The notes: generated by a model from the letters alone, not told the origin. Shown: positions 1 through 10,154, counted from the first letter of the stretch. The stretch is 59,940 nt of DNA from a virus (IMGVR_UViG_3300021962_000114:1-59940), one strand, 5' to 3'. Numbers and translations: made by a program.

Positions 1-63
1 CTCAATCATGTTATTCAGATTGGCTTGCGCATTGGCTATATCGGTTGACGTAGGAGTTGCCAT
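1..63 (-). CDS. 5' part of a CDS running off the left edge (MATPTSTDIANAQANLNNMIE...), function unknown
   Basis: ATG at 63-61, 5 nt after the stop of the 69..944 ORF, open to position 1. Confidence 0.6.
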   Translation of the reverse strand, partial: MATPTSTDIANAQANLNNMIE

Positions 64-68
64 AATTT

Positions 69-944
69 TTACCAGTAACGACCTTTGCCTTTGTTGCCCA
101 GACTCTTGATTCTGTGGCTTCTGCAACTCCAATAGCCAGCCGTGGTTCTATCTTTCTTTTGGCTGCACTTGTGACGAGCAGCAAAGCTTTTACGACGGGC
201 TTTGCTACTAGCTCTACTTCTCATATTTGGATCGCCAAATGTTACTTTCTTGATGTTGCCACCCTTGCTTTTGACATACACAGCATACTTTTTTGGACCG
301 CCTGGAGTTCTGAATGGGCGATTCAAATGTACATTCTTGCCACGATGCTTGACTTCCATCATCAAGTCTTCTTCCTCCTCAATAGGAGCATCCAAATATA
401 CTTCTCTACCTTCGTAGATGGCTTTTTTACCCAAATCACTTTCAACCAGTTCTGCGTCTGGATCACACAATTCAATCTTGTTTTGGTGATACAATTCACG
501 AACTTCGTTGATCAATGCAAAATAAGCATCGCTGTAGGTTCTGAATACATTCTCTGTTAGCGACAACTTCTTGACCAAATGATATTCCAATTCCTTGCTG
601 ACTCTGACTTCACTAACCAACTTCATTTCACTCAAACCATCAGTATCATCTTCATTGACCGCACCATATTTTCTTGCAATGTCCATGGCTTGATCCAAAT
701 ATTGATTGGCCATGTCTAAATGATTTTGTCGCTTGGTGTCTTTGGTCATCTTGCTTTTCAATAGATGTGCTTTTTCCATCTTTCTCAAAGCAACATACTT
801 TTGGCGGTCCATCGCATTCGTGATTTGATCTTCGTACCCACCAGATTCTTTGACTGGCTCAAAACCCAGCTTTTCTAGTTCAGATGTGTTAGCAGCTTCA
901 ACTATACATTCTTTAATTAGATCTCTCAATTCGTTGGTGGTCAT
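69..944 (-). CDS. Conserved phage protein, probable head-internal protein with basic Cys/His-containing C-terminal domain
   Basis: 291 aa; acidic N-part with LxE sites, C-terminal KKVTFGD...RRKSFAARHKC...AGYWSC domain of a type I recall from large phages; TATTTATT motif 5 nt upstream. Confidence 0.7.
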   Translation of the reverse strand: MTTNELRDLIKECIVEAANTSELEKLGFEPVKESGGYEDQITNAMDRQKYVALRKMEKAHLLKSKMTKDTKRQNHLDMANQYLDQAMDIARKYGAVNEDDTDGLSEMKLVSEVRVSKELEYHLVKKLSLTENVFRTYSDAYFALINEVRELYHQNKIELCDPDAELVESDLGKKAIYEGREVYLDAPIEEEEDLMMEVKHRGKNVHLNRPFRTPGGPKKYAVYVKSKGGNIKKVTFGDPNMRSRASSKARRKSFAARHKCSQKKDRTTAGYWSCRSHRIKSLGNKGKGRYW

Positions 945-958
945 ATAGTAATAAATAG

Positions 959-989
959 AAAAACCCCAGCCTTGCGACTGGGGTTTTTT
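959..989. terminator. Intrinsic terminator (bidirectional-looking) downstream of the major capsid gene
   Basis: AAAAACCCCAG-CCTTGCGA-CTGGGGTTTTTT hairpin with A/T tracts on both sides. Confidence 0.85.
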
Positions 990-1012
990 GTTTAACTTAT
1001 GTCAACTACTGA

Positions 1013-2755
1013 TTATACAGTGTCGAGGTCTGCGATCAGAACCTTACCATAGAACTCAGGACGCACTACCTTCTTAGCGTAGCGGGTCATCACACCACGG
1101 CGTGGAGTGAAGTTCACTGGATCATAGACCAATGGAGTTTGGATGAGTGGGATGTATGGAGCATACACAGCACCGGTTTCGAGGAAGTTGTTTCCACGGA
1201 AACCAACCAAAATCACGTTGTCGGTCATGTATGGGTTCTTGTATACTTGGAAGCGACTTGCGAAGCTACCAACACGGCTGACACCCATTGCGAACTTTGC
1301 TTGGTCACCGTCAGTGTTCACAACGTAACCTGGAATAGATTCCAAGATAGTTGCTACGTCTGGCGAACATACCAAGAAGTTAGCACCACCACGTAGAGTC
1401 AATTGGTGAATCTTGTTAGAGACCTTTTGGATCTTGTTACCAAGAGTTTGATACCAAGTGCTCTTGACATATGCAGTGCGGTTAGCAGATGCATTGGTCA
1501 AGCGGGTGAAGCTTGCAACGTCGGTGACTGGATCAACAGTCTTGGTGAACTCAGTACCGATTTGAGCAGACCATGCTTCGGTGGTGACACCGGTCACGGA
1601 CTCGTTCAACATGTCGAGGATTTCGAGGTCGATTTCCATCGATACGTACTCAGACAACAGTGCAGTCAATTCTGCTTCTGCGTCAATGCTGTGGTAAGCA
1701 TTCAAGTCTTGAGCCAATTCTGGGGTCCAGACAGCCTTCAACTTACGAGTCTTGGCAACGATTGGTTCGCTCTTGAGGTCGAGGTTGACTTCAGGAATAC
1801 CGATATCGGTGTCAATGTTTTGGTAAGGTTGATTGTTGCTTGTACCAGAACCTTCACCAGCAGTCTTGCCTGCTTCAAAGTCACCACGGAGGTTGTCCGA
1901 AGGTTGAACAGTGTAGTTCAGTACAAGATTGTTAGGATGTGCAGCCAAACCAGAGGTTGCAGTGAACAAGTTGATTTGATAGTATGGGTTTGCCAAGCTA
2001 CCAGTGTTAACTGCGGTTGCATAGGTGTTGAGGATCGTCAATGCAGCACCACCAGCTTGTGCTTGGAACGAACGAACTGCGTTCAAGTCAACATTCCATG
2101 CATTGCCAGTGTTTGCACTAGCACCTGCTTGAGTGTTGTCGTCCAAGTTGAAAGTGACCTTATAAACACCAGAAACGATGTTGGTCACAGGATCAACAGA
2201 AGAACTGAATTGATCAGCGTATTGCAAATCGTTCCAGCTTGCGCTGGTTACGTTTGCATAGTTTGCAGCAAATGCAGAGCTAGAAACGGTACGCTCAGAG
2301 TACGCATAGCGACCTTGACCGTATAGACCGTTTACTGCTGCGTTGGTAGAACCAAGCTTCTTTTGGGTACCACCGAACAAGCTTTCGCCTGGGCGATGTC
2401 CAAGATGGTTGGTAGAACCATACTTGAAGTCCAGATAGAAGATCAGACCGCTTGGGAGGTTCATTGGTTGAACCGAGACGAACTCCTTAGCAGCGATCTC
2501 AGCAAATACACGACGAACGAGTGGGAGAGCTACGCCTGCCCATTGTTCGCTGTTTGCGCTGGTACCAGTTGAACTTGCTTCAGTAAGCAATTGATTTGCT
2601 TGGTTTTCCAAGAGGATAGACATGTGAGCACGTTCGATGCCTTGGCAGCTTTCGAGCAGACCTGTCTTTTCCCACTTTTGTTGAAGACCACGGGTTTCAG
2701 CCATCAGCTTAGCCTGTGGGTTTTGATTGTTTGTCAATAGACTTTTTACATCCAT
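1013..2755 (-). CDS. gp23: Major capsid protein, T4 gp23-like
   Basis: Motifs PLVRRVF, VQPMNLPSGLIFYL, AKTRKLKAVWTPELAQDLNAYH, YAPYIPL, FTPRRGVMTRYA; start revised to ATG at 2755 (MDVKSLL), preceded by purine-rich GAGATAGGAAA. Confidence 0.96.
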   Translation of the reverse strand: MDVKSLLTNNQNPQAKLMAETRGLQQKWEKTGLLESCQGIERAHMSILLENQANQLLTEASSTGTSANSEQWAGVALPLVRRVFAEIAAKEFVSVQPMNLPSGLIFYLDFKYGSTNHLGHRPGESLFGGTQKKLGSTNAAVNGLYGQGRYAYSERTVSSSAFAANYANVTSASWNDLQYADQFSSSVDPVTNIVSGVYKVTFNLDDNTQAGASANTGNAWNVDLNAVRSFQAQAGGAALTILNTYATAVNTGSLANPYYQINLFTATSGLAAHPNNLVLNYTVQPSDNLRGDFEAGKTAGEGSGTSNNQPYQNIDTDIGIPEVNLDLKSEPIVAKTRKLKAVWTPELAQDLNAYHSIDAEAELTALLSEYVSMEIDLEILDMLNESVTGVTTEAWSAQIGTEFTKTVDPVTDVASFTRLTNASANRTAYVKSTWYQTLGNKIQKVSNKIHQLTLRGGANFLVCSPDVATILESIPGYVVNTDGDQAKFAMGVSRVGSFASRFQVYKNPYMTDNVILVGFRGNNFLETGAVYAPYIPLIQTPLVYDPVNFTPRRGVMTRYAKKVVRPEFYGKVLIADLDTV

Positions 2756-2805
2756 AATATTTCCTATCTCTTTATCTGTTAGTTTGTTGGTTACTCGCAA
2801 ACAAA

Positions 2806-3924
2806 TTACTTCTTGATTCCTGCGAGTTTTTGGAATCGTGAAGTCATCACATCAGCTTGAGGTTCCACAATTGCGGAGTCAGGCTTTGTTGATGGTACTG
2901 GTTTGCTTGCCAAACCTTCGGTGATAGTCGAGACAGTTGCATTGGTAGAAGTCTTCTTCTTGGCAACCGATCCACCGGCATTAAATGATTCGGCCAAAAC
3001 GGTATATGCAAGCTTGATTTCACGCAATGTCTTGGTGAGATCAAACGTGCTGATGACCTTCAACTTTTGGTCTTCGGTCAAATTCTTGTTCTTGAACAGC
3101 TTGTTGGTGTACAACAGCTTTGCGTTCAAAATGTTGCTTTCTTCAAGAACAGTCTTGACATAGCGCAAACCTTCGTTTGCTTCTGCCAATTGCTTCTTGA
3201 GAGATTCGTTTTCTTCGCTCAAAGCAACAAGTGCTTCAGCGATTTCTTCTGGAGTGATGTCCATATCACCGCATTCTTCACAGTCTTCACCTTCGGATGG
3301 CGAAGGAACTTGACCTGGCACTGGAGCAACTGGTGCTGGTGCTGCGGCAACTGGAGCCACTGGTGCTGCTGGAGCAGCTACAGGAGCAGTAGGATCAACG
3401 GCAACTGGTGCTGCTGCGCCTTCTTCTTCAAGTTCAGCAAGCAATTCATCCAAGTTAATCTCGGCTTGCTCGTCAACCTTTTCCTTTTCGTCTTCTTCCT
3501 TCTCGCCCTTTTCTTCCTTCTCTTCGGCTACAACTGGTGCCGAACCGTCGGATTCAAGCTCTGCGAGAATTTCATCCAACTCTTCGCTGGTGATTTCAGT
3601 GCCCTCTTCCATGGTAGCATCAAATTCTTGCTTACCTGCTGGAGTGGTGTTTTTCTTAGCAGCAGTAGATGGTTGAACTGGATGTTGCTTAGAAGCTTCA
3701 TTACCATGTTCCTTACCAATGTTTGAAGATGCAAGCTTTTCTTCGATCTTGCCTTCTTCGTTACCTGCTTCGTCTTGTTGCTCTGCGTCTTCCTTGAGTT
3801 TGTCCGCAAACATTTCTTTCATGCTCTTGGCAAAGTTTTCCTCAAGGAAGGTTTTTGCGTTAGCAATTGCAGTATCACGTACTGCCTTTGCGTCAGCAAT
3901 GCTTTCTTTCAATAGATCGCTCAT
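2806..3924 (-). CDS. Prohead core/scaffolding protein (gp22-like)
   Basis: Directly upstream of MCP; very acidic, coiled-coil, Ala/Pro linker, C-terminal RFQKLAGIK; SD-like AGGAAAGG upstream. Confidence 0.8.
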   Translation of the reverse strand: MSDLLKESIADAKAVRDTAIANAKTFLEENFAKSMKEMFADKLKEDAEQQDEAGNEEGKIEEKLASSNIGKEHGNEASKQHPVQPSTAAKKNTTPAGKQEFDATMEEGTEITSEELDEILAELESDGSAPVVAEEKEEKGEKEEDEKEKVDEQAEINLDELLAELEEEGAAAPVAVDPTAPVAAPAAPVAPVAAAPAPVAPVPGQVPSPSEGEDCEECGDMDITPEEIAEALVALSEENESLKKQLAEANEGLRYVKTVLEESNILNAKLLYTNKLFKNKNLTEDQKLKVISTFDLTKTLREIKLAYTVLAESFNAGGSVAKKKTSTNATVSTITEGLASKPVPSTKPDSAIVEPQADVMTSRFQKLAGIKK

Positions 3925-4020
3925 ATTAAGTTATACCTTTCCTATTATTGTTGTGAAGTTATTGGAGAACTCCAAAGAAGATGTGTTTGCACTGACATCA
4001 AAGACGTTGATGTATTTGAT

Positions 4021-4069
4021 AATAAATATTGTATAAAATTCATAAATCACAATTTTTTTGCTATTTATA
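4021..4069. promoter_or_regulatory. Divergent pair of putative late promoters, TATTTATT (-, 4021-4028) and TATTTATA (+, 4062-4069)
   Basis: Same motif found before most transcription units; these two face the scaffold/MCP operon and ORF 4075 respectively. Confidence 0.65.
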
Positions 4070-4074
4070 GATGT

Positions 4075-4671
4075 ATGCCAGCACAAAGCGAAAAACAAGC
4101 ACGATATTTCCGACTCGTCAGAGCGGTTCAAAAAGGAGATGTTCCTGCAAAGGACGTATCACCTGCACTGCGCAAAACAGCAAAAAGCATCAGTGCAAAA
4201 GCAGCAAAAGATTTCACCAAACTGAAAGAAATTCTTGCGCAATTGAGCGAAGAAGAATACAGCACCAGCAAAATGAAAGAAGTGGAGCCAGGCAAAACTT
4301 TTGATCAAGTGTTGGGAGAAAACGCTGGTCTACCATTCGACAAAAAAGAATTGTTGTCGTTTCAAGAAAAGCAAAATGGATTTGGTGGATTTGGTAAAGT
4401 AAACTTTGTACACAAAAAGAGCACCAACGAAATCAGTGCTGAACTCAACAGCAACGAAAGCAACAAAGTGTATGTGTTCAAAAAGTTGTCCAACAACAAA
4501 CACGAAGGTATGAGAAACTATGCTTGCTTTGTTGAGATGCGCAGCAGCAGCGATGAAAAACAACAACCAAAAATTGTATACACTCTCAGCACAATTTTTG
4601 ACGACAAAGACAGTGACAAAACCAAAGTATTGACAGACTTCATTGATAGAATCAACTCATATGGACTATAA
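4075..4671 (+). CDS. Hypothetical phage protein with MPAxSxxQxR N-terminal module (DUF3008-like)
   Basis: 198 aa; begins MPAQSEKQARYFRLVRAVQKG; TATTTATA 5 nt upstream. Confidence 0.7.
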   Translation: MPAQSEKQARYFRLVRAVQKGDVPAKDVSPALRKTAKSISAKAAKDFTKLKEILAQLSEEEYSTSKMKEVEPGKTFDQVLGENAGLPFDKKELLSFQEKQNGFGGFGKVNFVHKKSTNEISAELNSNESNKVYVFKKLSNNKHEGMRNYACFVEMRSSSDEKQQPKIVYTLSTIFDDKDSDKTKVLTDFIDRINSYGL

Positions 4672-5029
4672 AAACCTATACTCGCAAGTAAGACTCGGCA
4701 ACTTTTTGAAAAAATACACAGATGGTGTTGCCGAAGAAGAACCAAAATACAAGTTGATTGACATTGATCATCCAAACGGTTGGAACTTCAATGAAATTGA
4801 TACGTTGGGTGATATGGGCTTCAAGATCGACAACGATACCGACATGGTATGCGAAGTTGATGTGCCATCGATTGAACTAGAAAACCACAAGATTCCAGTC
4901 AAGGTATACAAAAACGAAGACGGGTATGTCCTTGAGACAACCCGCCGTTACGTATTTGAATCTTTTGATAAGATGCTTGAGTTTATTGACTCAATTCCAT
5001 CTGATTTGAAAACTCAGAGATTGCAATAA
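4661..5029 (+). CDS. Hypothetical acidic protein
   Basis: ATG at 4661 (MDYKNLY) overlapping the end of the previous gene; converges on 5031..5504. Confidence 0.7.
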   Translation: MDYKNLYSQVRLGNFLKKYTDGVAEEEPKYKLIDIDHPNGWNFNEIDTLGDMGFKIDNDTDMVCEVDVPSIELENHKIPVKVYKNEDGYVLETTRRYVFESFDKMLEFIDSIPSDLKTQRLQ

Positions 5030-5030
5030 C

Positions 5031-5504
5031 TTATTGACCTGCTGAGTGAGGTTCTTGAGGAAAGTTTGGCCCCAAGCTTACAGGTGCACCATCAGTTTGT
5101 GTTTGATAAGCTTTTGGTGCTTCTTGAATAGGATCAGCAATTTCAAAATAGCGTTCCAAACGAACACCACATTCTTCATACAACATCTCTAGTTGTTGTT
5201 CAATTGCTTTGATCTTGTGTGCTTCTTCGTATAGCTTGGAAGCACACTTTTTGATTTCCTTCATGTCACGCTCAACCATCTTGGCTTCCATCCATTCACG
5301 GCACTCTTTCAAAGCATAACGCTCTGCCAAGTTGACAGCTTCCATAATCTTACCAGCAGTCTCATATACAGCTTCAGCCTTGAGTGACTTGCGATATTGA
5401 TTGTAAGCTTTGATGGTTTCACGCAGCTTTACCTTCTCCTCTTTGGTCAAAGGAGCATATGCTGTTTCGGTTGAATTTTCTACGAGATGTTTTAGCTTGA
5501 TCAT
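5031..5504 (-). CDS. Hypothetical helical protein, probable head-internal protein
   Basis: 157 aa, N-terminus MIKLKHLVE; TATTTATA 4 nt upstream; follows the prohead protease. Confidence 0.75.
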   Translation of the reverse strand: MIKLKHLVENSTETAYAPLTKEEKVKLRETIKAYNQYRKSLKAEAVYETAGKIMEAVNLAERYALKECREWMEAKMVERDMKEIKKCASKLYEEAHKIKAIEQQLEMLYEECGVRLERYFEIADPIQEAPKAYQTQTDGAPVSLGPNFPQEPHSAGQ

Positions 5505-5526
5505 ATGCTATAAATAGGGTTCAAAA

Positions 5527-6135
5527 TTACAATTCTGAAATAATATCACGAATGATTCTTTCAATATTGCTGTATGGGTTTACGATTTTGTTGGTGACAG
5601 GAACAATGCTTTCATCAAGCTTGCCTTGTGGATACATGAATGCACCTTGAGTCGAAGGATTGCTTACAAAGTCAAACGCAATCAAATCAAAATCATCTTG
5701 TACAACATCTGCGCCTTCACGCATGTCTTTCTTGACGCTACCCAGACCACGGCTACTGATACCCAATAGAATACCAGCCTTGAGAAGATCTTTTAGAATA
5801 TTACCACTTGGTGTAGGTAGAATTTCTACAGTACCCACCAAGTCATCGCCGTCCCAGCCCATATCAACGATATTGTGGCTGACATTTTTTAGGTTGACCA
5901 CCGAAGATTCTGGGTGATCCAATTCTCCCATGGCACGACGTTGCTTCACAAAGTTGTCCATATACTTTGTGGCTTCACGCTCAAGAATTTCTTTTGGATA
6001 TACACGTCCATTTTGATTCTTGGCGTCTGCACGTTGCAATGTGCCGGTTACAAGTACCTTGCCACTCGAAAGCGATTCGTTTAACGAACCTTTCTTAAAC
6101 TCAAATGGTAGTACATCAATCAGTATGTTTTTCAT
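5527..6135 (-). CDS. gp21: Prohead core protease, T4 gp21-like
   Basis: NQNGRVYP, GELDHP (catalytic His), GISSRGLGS (catalytic Ser), DFVSNPS motifs. Confidence 0.95.
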   Translation of the reverse strand: MKNILIDVLPFEFKKGSLNESLSSGKVLVTGTLQRADAKNQNGRVYPKEILEREATKYMDNFVKQRRAMGELDHPESSVVNLKNVSHNIVDMGWDGDDLVGTVEILPTPSGNILKDLLKAGILLGISSRGLGSVKKDMREGADVVQDDFDLIAFDFVSNPSTQGAFMYPQGKLDESIVPVTNKIVNPYSNIERIIRDIISEL

Positions 6136-6138
6136 AAA

Positions 6139-7296
6139 TTACGCTGTTGGTGCTGGTTGTGCCGCAGGTTTTTCTTCTGGCTTTGGAGCAGGTTCATCGC
6201 TGGTTGCGGTGTTGCTTGGAGCAGTCGAAGATTGTTTGCTTGGATCAACCAATGCCTTAGATTTTGCAATCTGATATTGGTCCTTTGGTTTTACATCAGC
6301 AGGACCAAGAATTCTAATTTTGTAACCAGGCTTCACAAAGAACTTCGCAGCCTTTTGTTTGTTTTCTTCACGACCCAAAATAATGATCACATAGCGATCA
6401 TAATAATAATCAATGTTTACACCAGTCACGTTGATGGTGTAATCTGTTTCGGGTTGTTTGAATCCCTTACTTGCACGAACCACAATCTTTTTGTTTAGAA
6501 TGTGATCTTGAATTTCTTTTTGAAGCTTCAGCTTCAGATCCTCGGTGCTGTTTTTTAGCTGAGTATCAAATTGAGTAAAATCTGGTTGTAGATTGTAGGT
6601 TTGAACTTGTACACTTGGTTCGGCTTTTGGTGCAGCTTGTGCCGCAGGTTGAGCAGCTTGAGGTGCTGGTTGTGGTGCAGCAGGTGCTGGTTGAGGTGCA
6701 GCATCAGCTTCGTTCATGCGAAAACGACGAAATCGAATACCATTCAAACCTTCAACGATTTTGGAAATTTTTTTGAACTTCGTATCAACTTCTGTGAAAG
6801 GAAGTTGTCCTTGCTTATATCCAGCCAAACCTGGATCAAGCTCTGGATCGCCATGTTGTGGCAAGCCATTAGCATCCAACCAGCTATCCACTGGCTCAAT
6901 GTTTTGTGCTGGAGTTACATATGCTGGTTCGCTATACATTTGATTTTCCAACGACAAGTCTTTGTCTCTTGGAACATTCTTTGCCAACTTATAACCAAGC
7001 TGGGTAGCAGCACGAACGTTGCCTGGACCACGCTTGCTAAACGCAAACGGAGTCATCACACCACCTACAGCACTGGTTGTGGTAGCTTCATTTTTGTTGA
7101 GAATTTGATCCTTGACTTTTTTTTCAATGTTTGCTCGCAACTCGGGGCTGATTTTGTCTGCGTGAGCTTGAAGCCAAGAATAGTATTGCTCTTTGTCAAT
7201 ACGTGCAAGTTCGCTATCACGGTACATTTTAGCGTACTGTTTAACGATGTCTCTGAATGGATCGCCTGATTCTTTAAGAAGCTTTTTCATTGGCAA
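6139..7296 (-). CDS. Hypothetical head-associated protein
   Basis: 385 aa between portal-linked gene and protease; MKKLLKE N-terminus, TPFAF motif, Ala/Pro/Gln linker. Confidence 0.7.
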   Translation of the reverse strand: MPMKKLLKESGDPFRDIVKQYAKMYRDSELARIDKEQYYSWLQAHADKISPELRANIEKKVKDQILNKNEATTTSAVGGVMTPFAFSKRGPGNVRAATQLGYKLAKNVPRDKDLSLENQMYSEPAYVTPAQNIEPVDSWLDANGLPQHGDPELDPGLAGYKQGQLPFTEVDTKFKKISKIVEGLNGIRFRRFRMNEADAAPQPAPAAPQPAPQAAQPAAQAAPKAEPSVQVQTYNLQPDFTQFDTQLKNSTEDLKLKLQKEIQDHILNKKIVVRASKGFKQPETDYTINVTGVNIDYYYDRYVIIILGREENKQKAAKFFVKPGYKIRILGPADVKPKDQYQIAKSKALVDPSKQSSTAPSNTATSDEPAPKPEEKPAAQPAPTA

Positions 7297-8146
7297 GGCT
7301 ATTCAATTCTTCAATCAACTCATATGCACTAAGCAAACTGGTCAATTGATTTTCTTTGACTACACCATTGATGGTTTTGTTTGCAAGCTGCGCAATGGTT
7401 TCATTGAGCTTGATTTTAATAACATCACTCTTTACCAAAATAGAACGTTCTTTCAATGCGGTAGAAACACGCTTGTATTCCTTGTTTACAAATTCAGTAA
7501 ACTTGGTTGTATTGGATACGTTGGTAATGAATGCTTTGAGCAATTGCTTTTGAGAAGGAAGTAGAGATGCGTACTTCTTGTTGAAGTTTTCGATCAAGAA
7601 CTTGTAAGCGAGAAGCTTGACCTCAGCGGGTTGAGAACTATATACGTCAAGTGTAGGCTCCTCGGATTTCTTTTCTCGTATCAAACTTTCGATTACACAC
7701 TCTCTGGCTTCTACCAGTTCTTCCACATCAAATTTTTGCTCGGTGCTGGTTTGATTCTCAAACAGCTTGTAGACACTGGCATACAGCTTGTAGTTTGGAA
7801 TTTTGTTTTTGAGAAATTCGTCAATGTTGAATTGTGCTTTGATCTCTTTGATCAAGTTGTACTTTTCAGCATTTAGATCACGCTCGTTTAGTTTGGAACG
7901 AGCTTGAAGAACAACATTGATAATACGATCTGCGGTCTCGGCATTCTTAGATGATTGACTAACAACAAAATTGTAGAGTTGAAACTCTTTACCCAGTGAC
8001 GTGCCTTCATTAAAATACTTGAACATCAAGTTCTTGGTGAAAGATTCATCACGCCCAGCCAAAATATCTGCGGTGATTTGACGAGTAAGCAGCTCAAATA
8101 ATACTCCGCTGTTCTTAAACTTCGAATGTTTAGCTTTCTTACGCAT
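7274..8146 (-). CDS. Conserved hypothetical protein downstream of portal
   Basis: 290 aa; KHSKFKNSGVLFELLTRQITADIL N-terminus; TATTTATA at 8161-8168. Confidence 0.75.
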   Translation of the reverse strand: MRKKAKHSKFKNSGVLFELLTRQITADILAGRDESFTKNLMFKYFNEGTSLGKEFQLYNFVVSQSSKNAETADRIINVVLQARSKLNERDLNAEKYNLIKEIKAQFNIDEFLKNKIPNYKLYASVYKLFENQTSTEQKFDVEELVEARECVIESLIREKKSEEPTLDVYSSQPAEVKLLAYKFLIENFNKKYASLLPSQKQLLKAFITNVSNTTKFTEFVNKEYKRVSTALKERSILVKSDVIKIKLNETIAQLANKTINGVVKENQLTSLLSAYELIEELNSLANEKAS

Positions 8147-8201
8147 ATAGTTCTATTAAATATAAATATATTGAATTTTACAAAATCATCATGAATTATG
8201 G

Positions 8202-10154
8202 TCACTCTGTGATATTTGTCTCATCCATATATGATTTTGTATCTCCTTCCTTCAAAGTGGTTTTATCATCCATGTAGGATTTGGCAGCATCCTCCTTCAA
8301 AATCTCTTTTGGAGTTTCAGTGGATTTCATCGATGCAGCCAATGATTTCAGGCTTTCCAATGATAGTGGAGAACGATTGCGATATTTGTGTGATACCGAC
8401 AAATCAGATTTGCTGTTCAGTTCCAGCGTTCCAAGTGGATCTTCTCCAAATGCATAATCACTGGCTTTTTTGCGACCAGTTTGATCACGTTCAGTAAGCT
8501 TTGGTGCTTCGCCACCAGAAGGTGCGGCACTGGTTTCGGCTTCTTTACCTGCTTCACCACCTGCCTCTGCTCCTGCTCCTGCTTCGCCCCCACCAGCTTC
8601 ACCTCCACCAGTGCCGCCCTCTCCTCCAGGCGAACCTTCTCCTTCACCTTCACCTTTCGCCTTGAGAAATTCCAATGCTGGGTCGTTACCTTCTTCTTCA
8701 ATCTGCTTGAAGCGGTAAGTACCCTTAGCATCATCAACAAGTTGCTTTTGTAGAATGATCATGTCTTGATCGCTAAGACCAAACACATTTTCATACATCC
8801 ACTTTTTGCTAAACATCTTTTGCTCACCCATGTCTTTGCAAACTTCAATCTTGCTCTTCCACACATCAATCTTTTCCTTTTCAAAGATTGTAGAAGGATT
8901 GGTAAGCTCCAAACTAAAATCAACCAACGACTCATCACGATATCCTTGGCTATACAAATGAACAACCGCAATTTTGTTGAGTTCACTCACAATAATGCGT
9001 TGCACACGTTGAATAGTACGTGCAAAACGAATATCTTCTGCTGCCAATGTGGCCTTACCAGAAAGTGATTCATCATAACCCAAGAATGCCTTTGGAATCT
9101 TGAGTGCTGCCATCATCTTGTTACGTAGATATTCGATATCGTCTGTACCAGTCCATTCAAGACCAGGCAAGTTATCAATGCTGGTTCCACTGTCTCCACC
9201 ACGAACTGGCAAGAAAAAGTCTTCAACCATGTTTTGTAGGTTGAAACGAAGATTGTAATCACCAGTGTTTTGATCCAAGTATGGAGTCTTTTTCATTTGT
9301 TGAATGATACGCTCCATGTGGTTATCAACTTCATTTGGAGGAATGTTACCAATATCAACCTTGAAAATACGCTTTTCTGGTGCTCGCATGATACGATGAA
9401 TCAACATTGCGTCTTCCATCAAACTCAATTGCTTCCACACACGGCGAGCACCTTCCAACATGCTCTTACCATAAGGCAAGAAATTGCTATCGCTCAACAA
9501 ACGAAAGTGTGCCATTTGATAATTTTCAAGATCCTCAATCTTGTTACCATAAGGCAAATTGACTTGAAACTTCACAAAGTTTCTGTTTTGTAGATGTGCA
9601 TTTTCTACACGGGTAACATAGTAGCTACTAAGAGGCTCCACCATGTATACACCATATTCTGGACTGATGTGCAGTCTCAAATAAAAATCACCATACTTGA
9701 CCAAACTACGAGTCCAACTCCAAAGATTGAATTCAATGTTGAGAATGTCATAAAACAAATTGTTCAAAACACTCTTGATGTCGTCGTTGCTGCTACGAAC
9801 CGTGATAACATCACCCATTTCATTTCTAGTAGTACATTCATCAGCATAAATGTCCAACGCAGAAGCCAAAATAGGGTCCATGTCCATTGTATCATAATCA
9901 CGAAACAGTTCCACACGACTGCTTTGATACGACAAATTGAAATCACGGGTATACTGATTATACGCCGTTGTACGAAGACGATTAAACCTATCACGCAACG
10001 AATTTCTATCGGTTGCGTAAAAAATTTCGTCGGTATCGATGACCTTGAGCTTTTTGCCACCAACGTTGCGAACAATAACGTCGTTGCTAAACAATCGCTT
10101 GAGTCTTGCGTATAGCGATCTGTTCTTTAGCTCTTGAAATGATTTTTCGTCCAT
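8202..10154 (-). CDS. gp20: Portal protein, T4 gp20-like
   Basis: ALDIYADE, QLSLMEDAMLIHRIMRAPEKRIFKVDIGN, EDFFLPVRG, ALKIP, EDIRFARTIQRVQ; Gly/Glu-rich C-terminal extension. Confidence 0.95.
   Translation of the reverse strand: MDEKSFQELKNRSLYARLKRLFSNDVIVRNVGGKKLKVIDTDEIFYATDRNSLRDRFNRLRTTAYNQYTRDFNLSYQSSRVELFRDYDTMDMDPILASALDIYADECTTRNEMGDVITVRSSNDDIKSVLNNLFYDILNIEFNLWSWTRSLVKYGDFYLRLHISPEYGVYMVEPLSSYYVTRVENAHLQNRNFVKFQVNLPYGNKIEDLENYQMAHFRLLSDSNFLPYGKSMLEGARRVWKQLSLMEDAMLIHRIMRAPEKRIFKVDIGNIPPNEVDNHMERIIQQMKKTPYLDQNTGDYNLRFNLQNMVEDFFLPVRGGDSGTSIDNLPGLEWTGTDDIEYLRNKMMAALKIPKAFLGYDESLSGKATLAAEDIRFARTIQRVQRIIVSELNKIAVVHLYSQGYRDESLVDFSLELTNPSTIFEKEKIDVWKSKIEVCKDMGEQKMFSKKWMYENVFGLSDQDMIILQKQLVDDAKGTYRFKQIEEEGNDPALEFLKAKGEGEGEGSPGGEGGTGGGEAGGGEAGAGAEAGGEAGKEAETSAAPSGGEAPKLTERDQTGRKKASDYAFGEDPLGTLELNSKSDLSVSHKYRNRSPLSLESLKSLAASMKSTETPKEILKEDAAKSYMDDKTTLKEGDTKSYMDETNITE

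Noticed and set aside
1403-2326. 307-aa plus-strand ORF and many other long antisense ORFs (e.g. 16469..17725, 22669..23478, 49490..50380)
   Set aside because: They are shadows of well-supported minus-strand genes, lack start signals or motifs, and are explained by codon bias
5509-5516. Reading plus-strand TATAAATA hits as canonical T4 late promoters
   Set aside because: They point away from the adjacent minus-strand genes, and the plus-strand genes carry TATTTAT instead, so the functional orientation is TATTTATA
8520-8660. Gly/Glu-rich low-complexity portal tail
   Set aside because: Disordered acidic tails are common on large-phage portals and show no further structure
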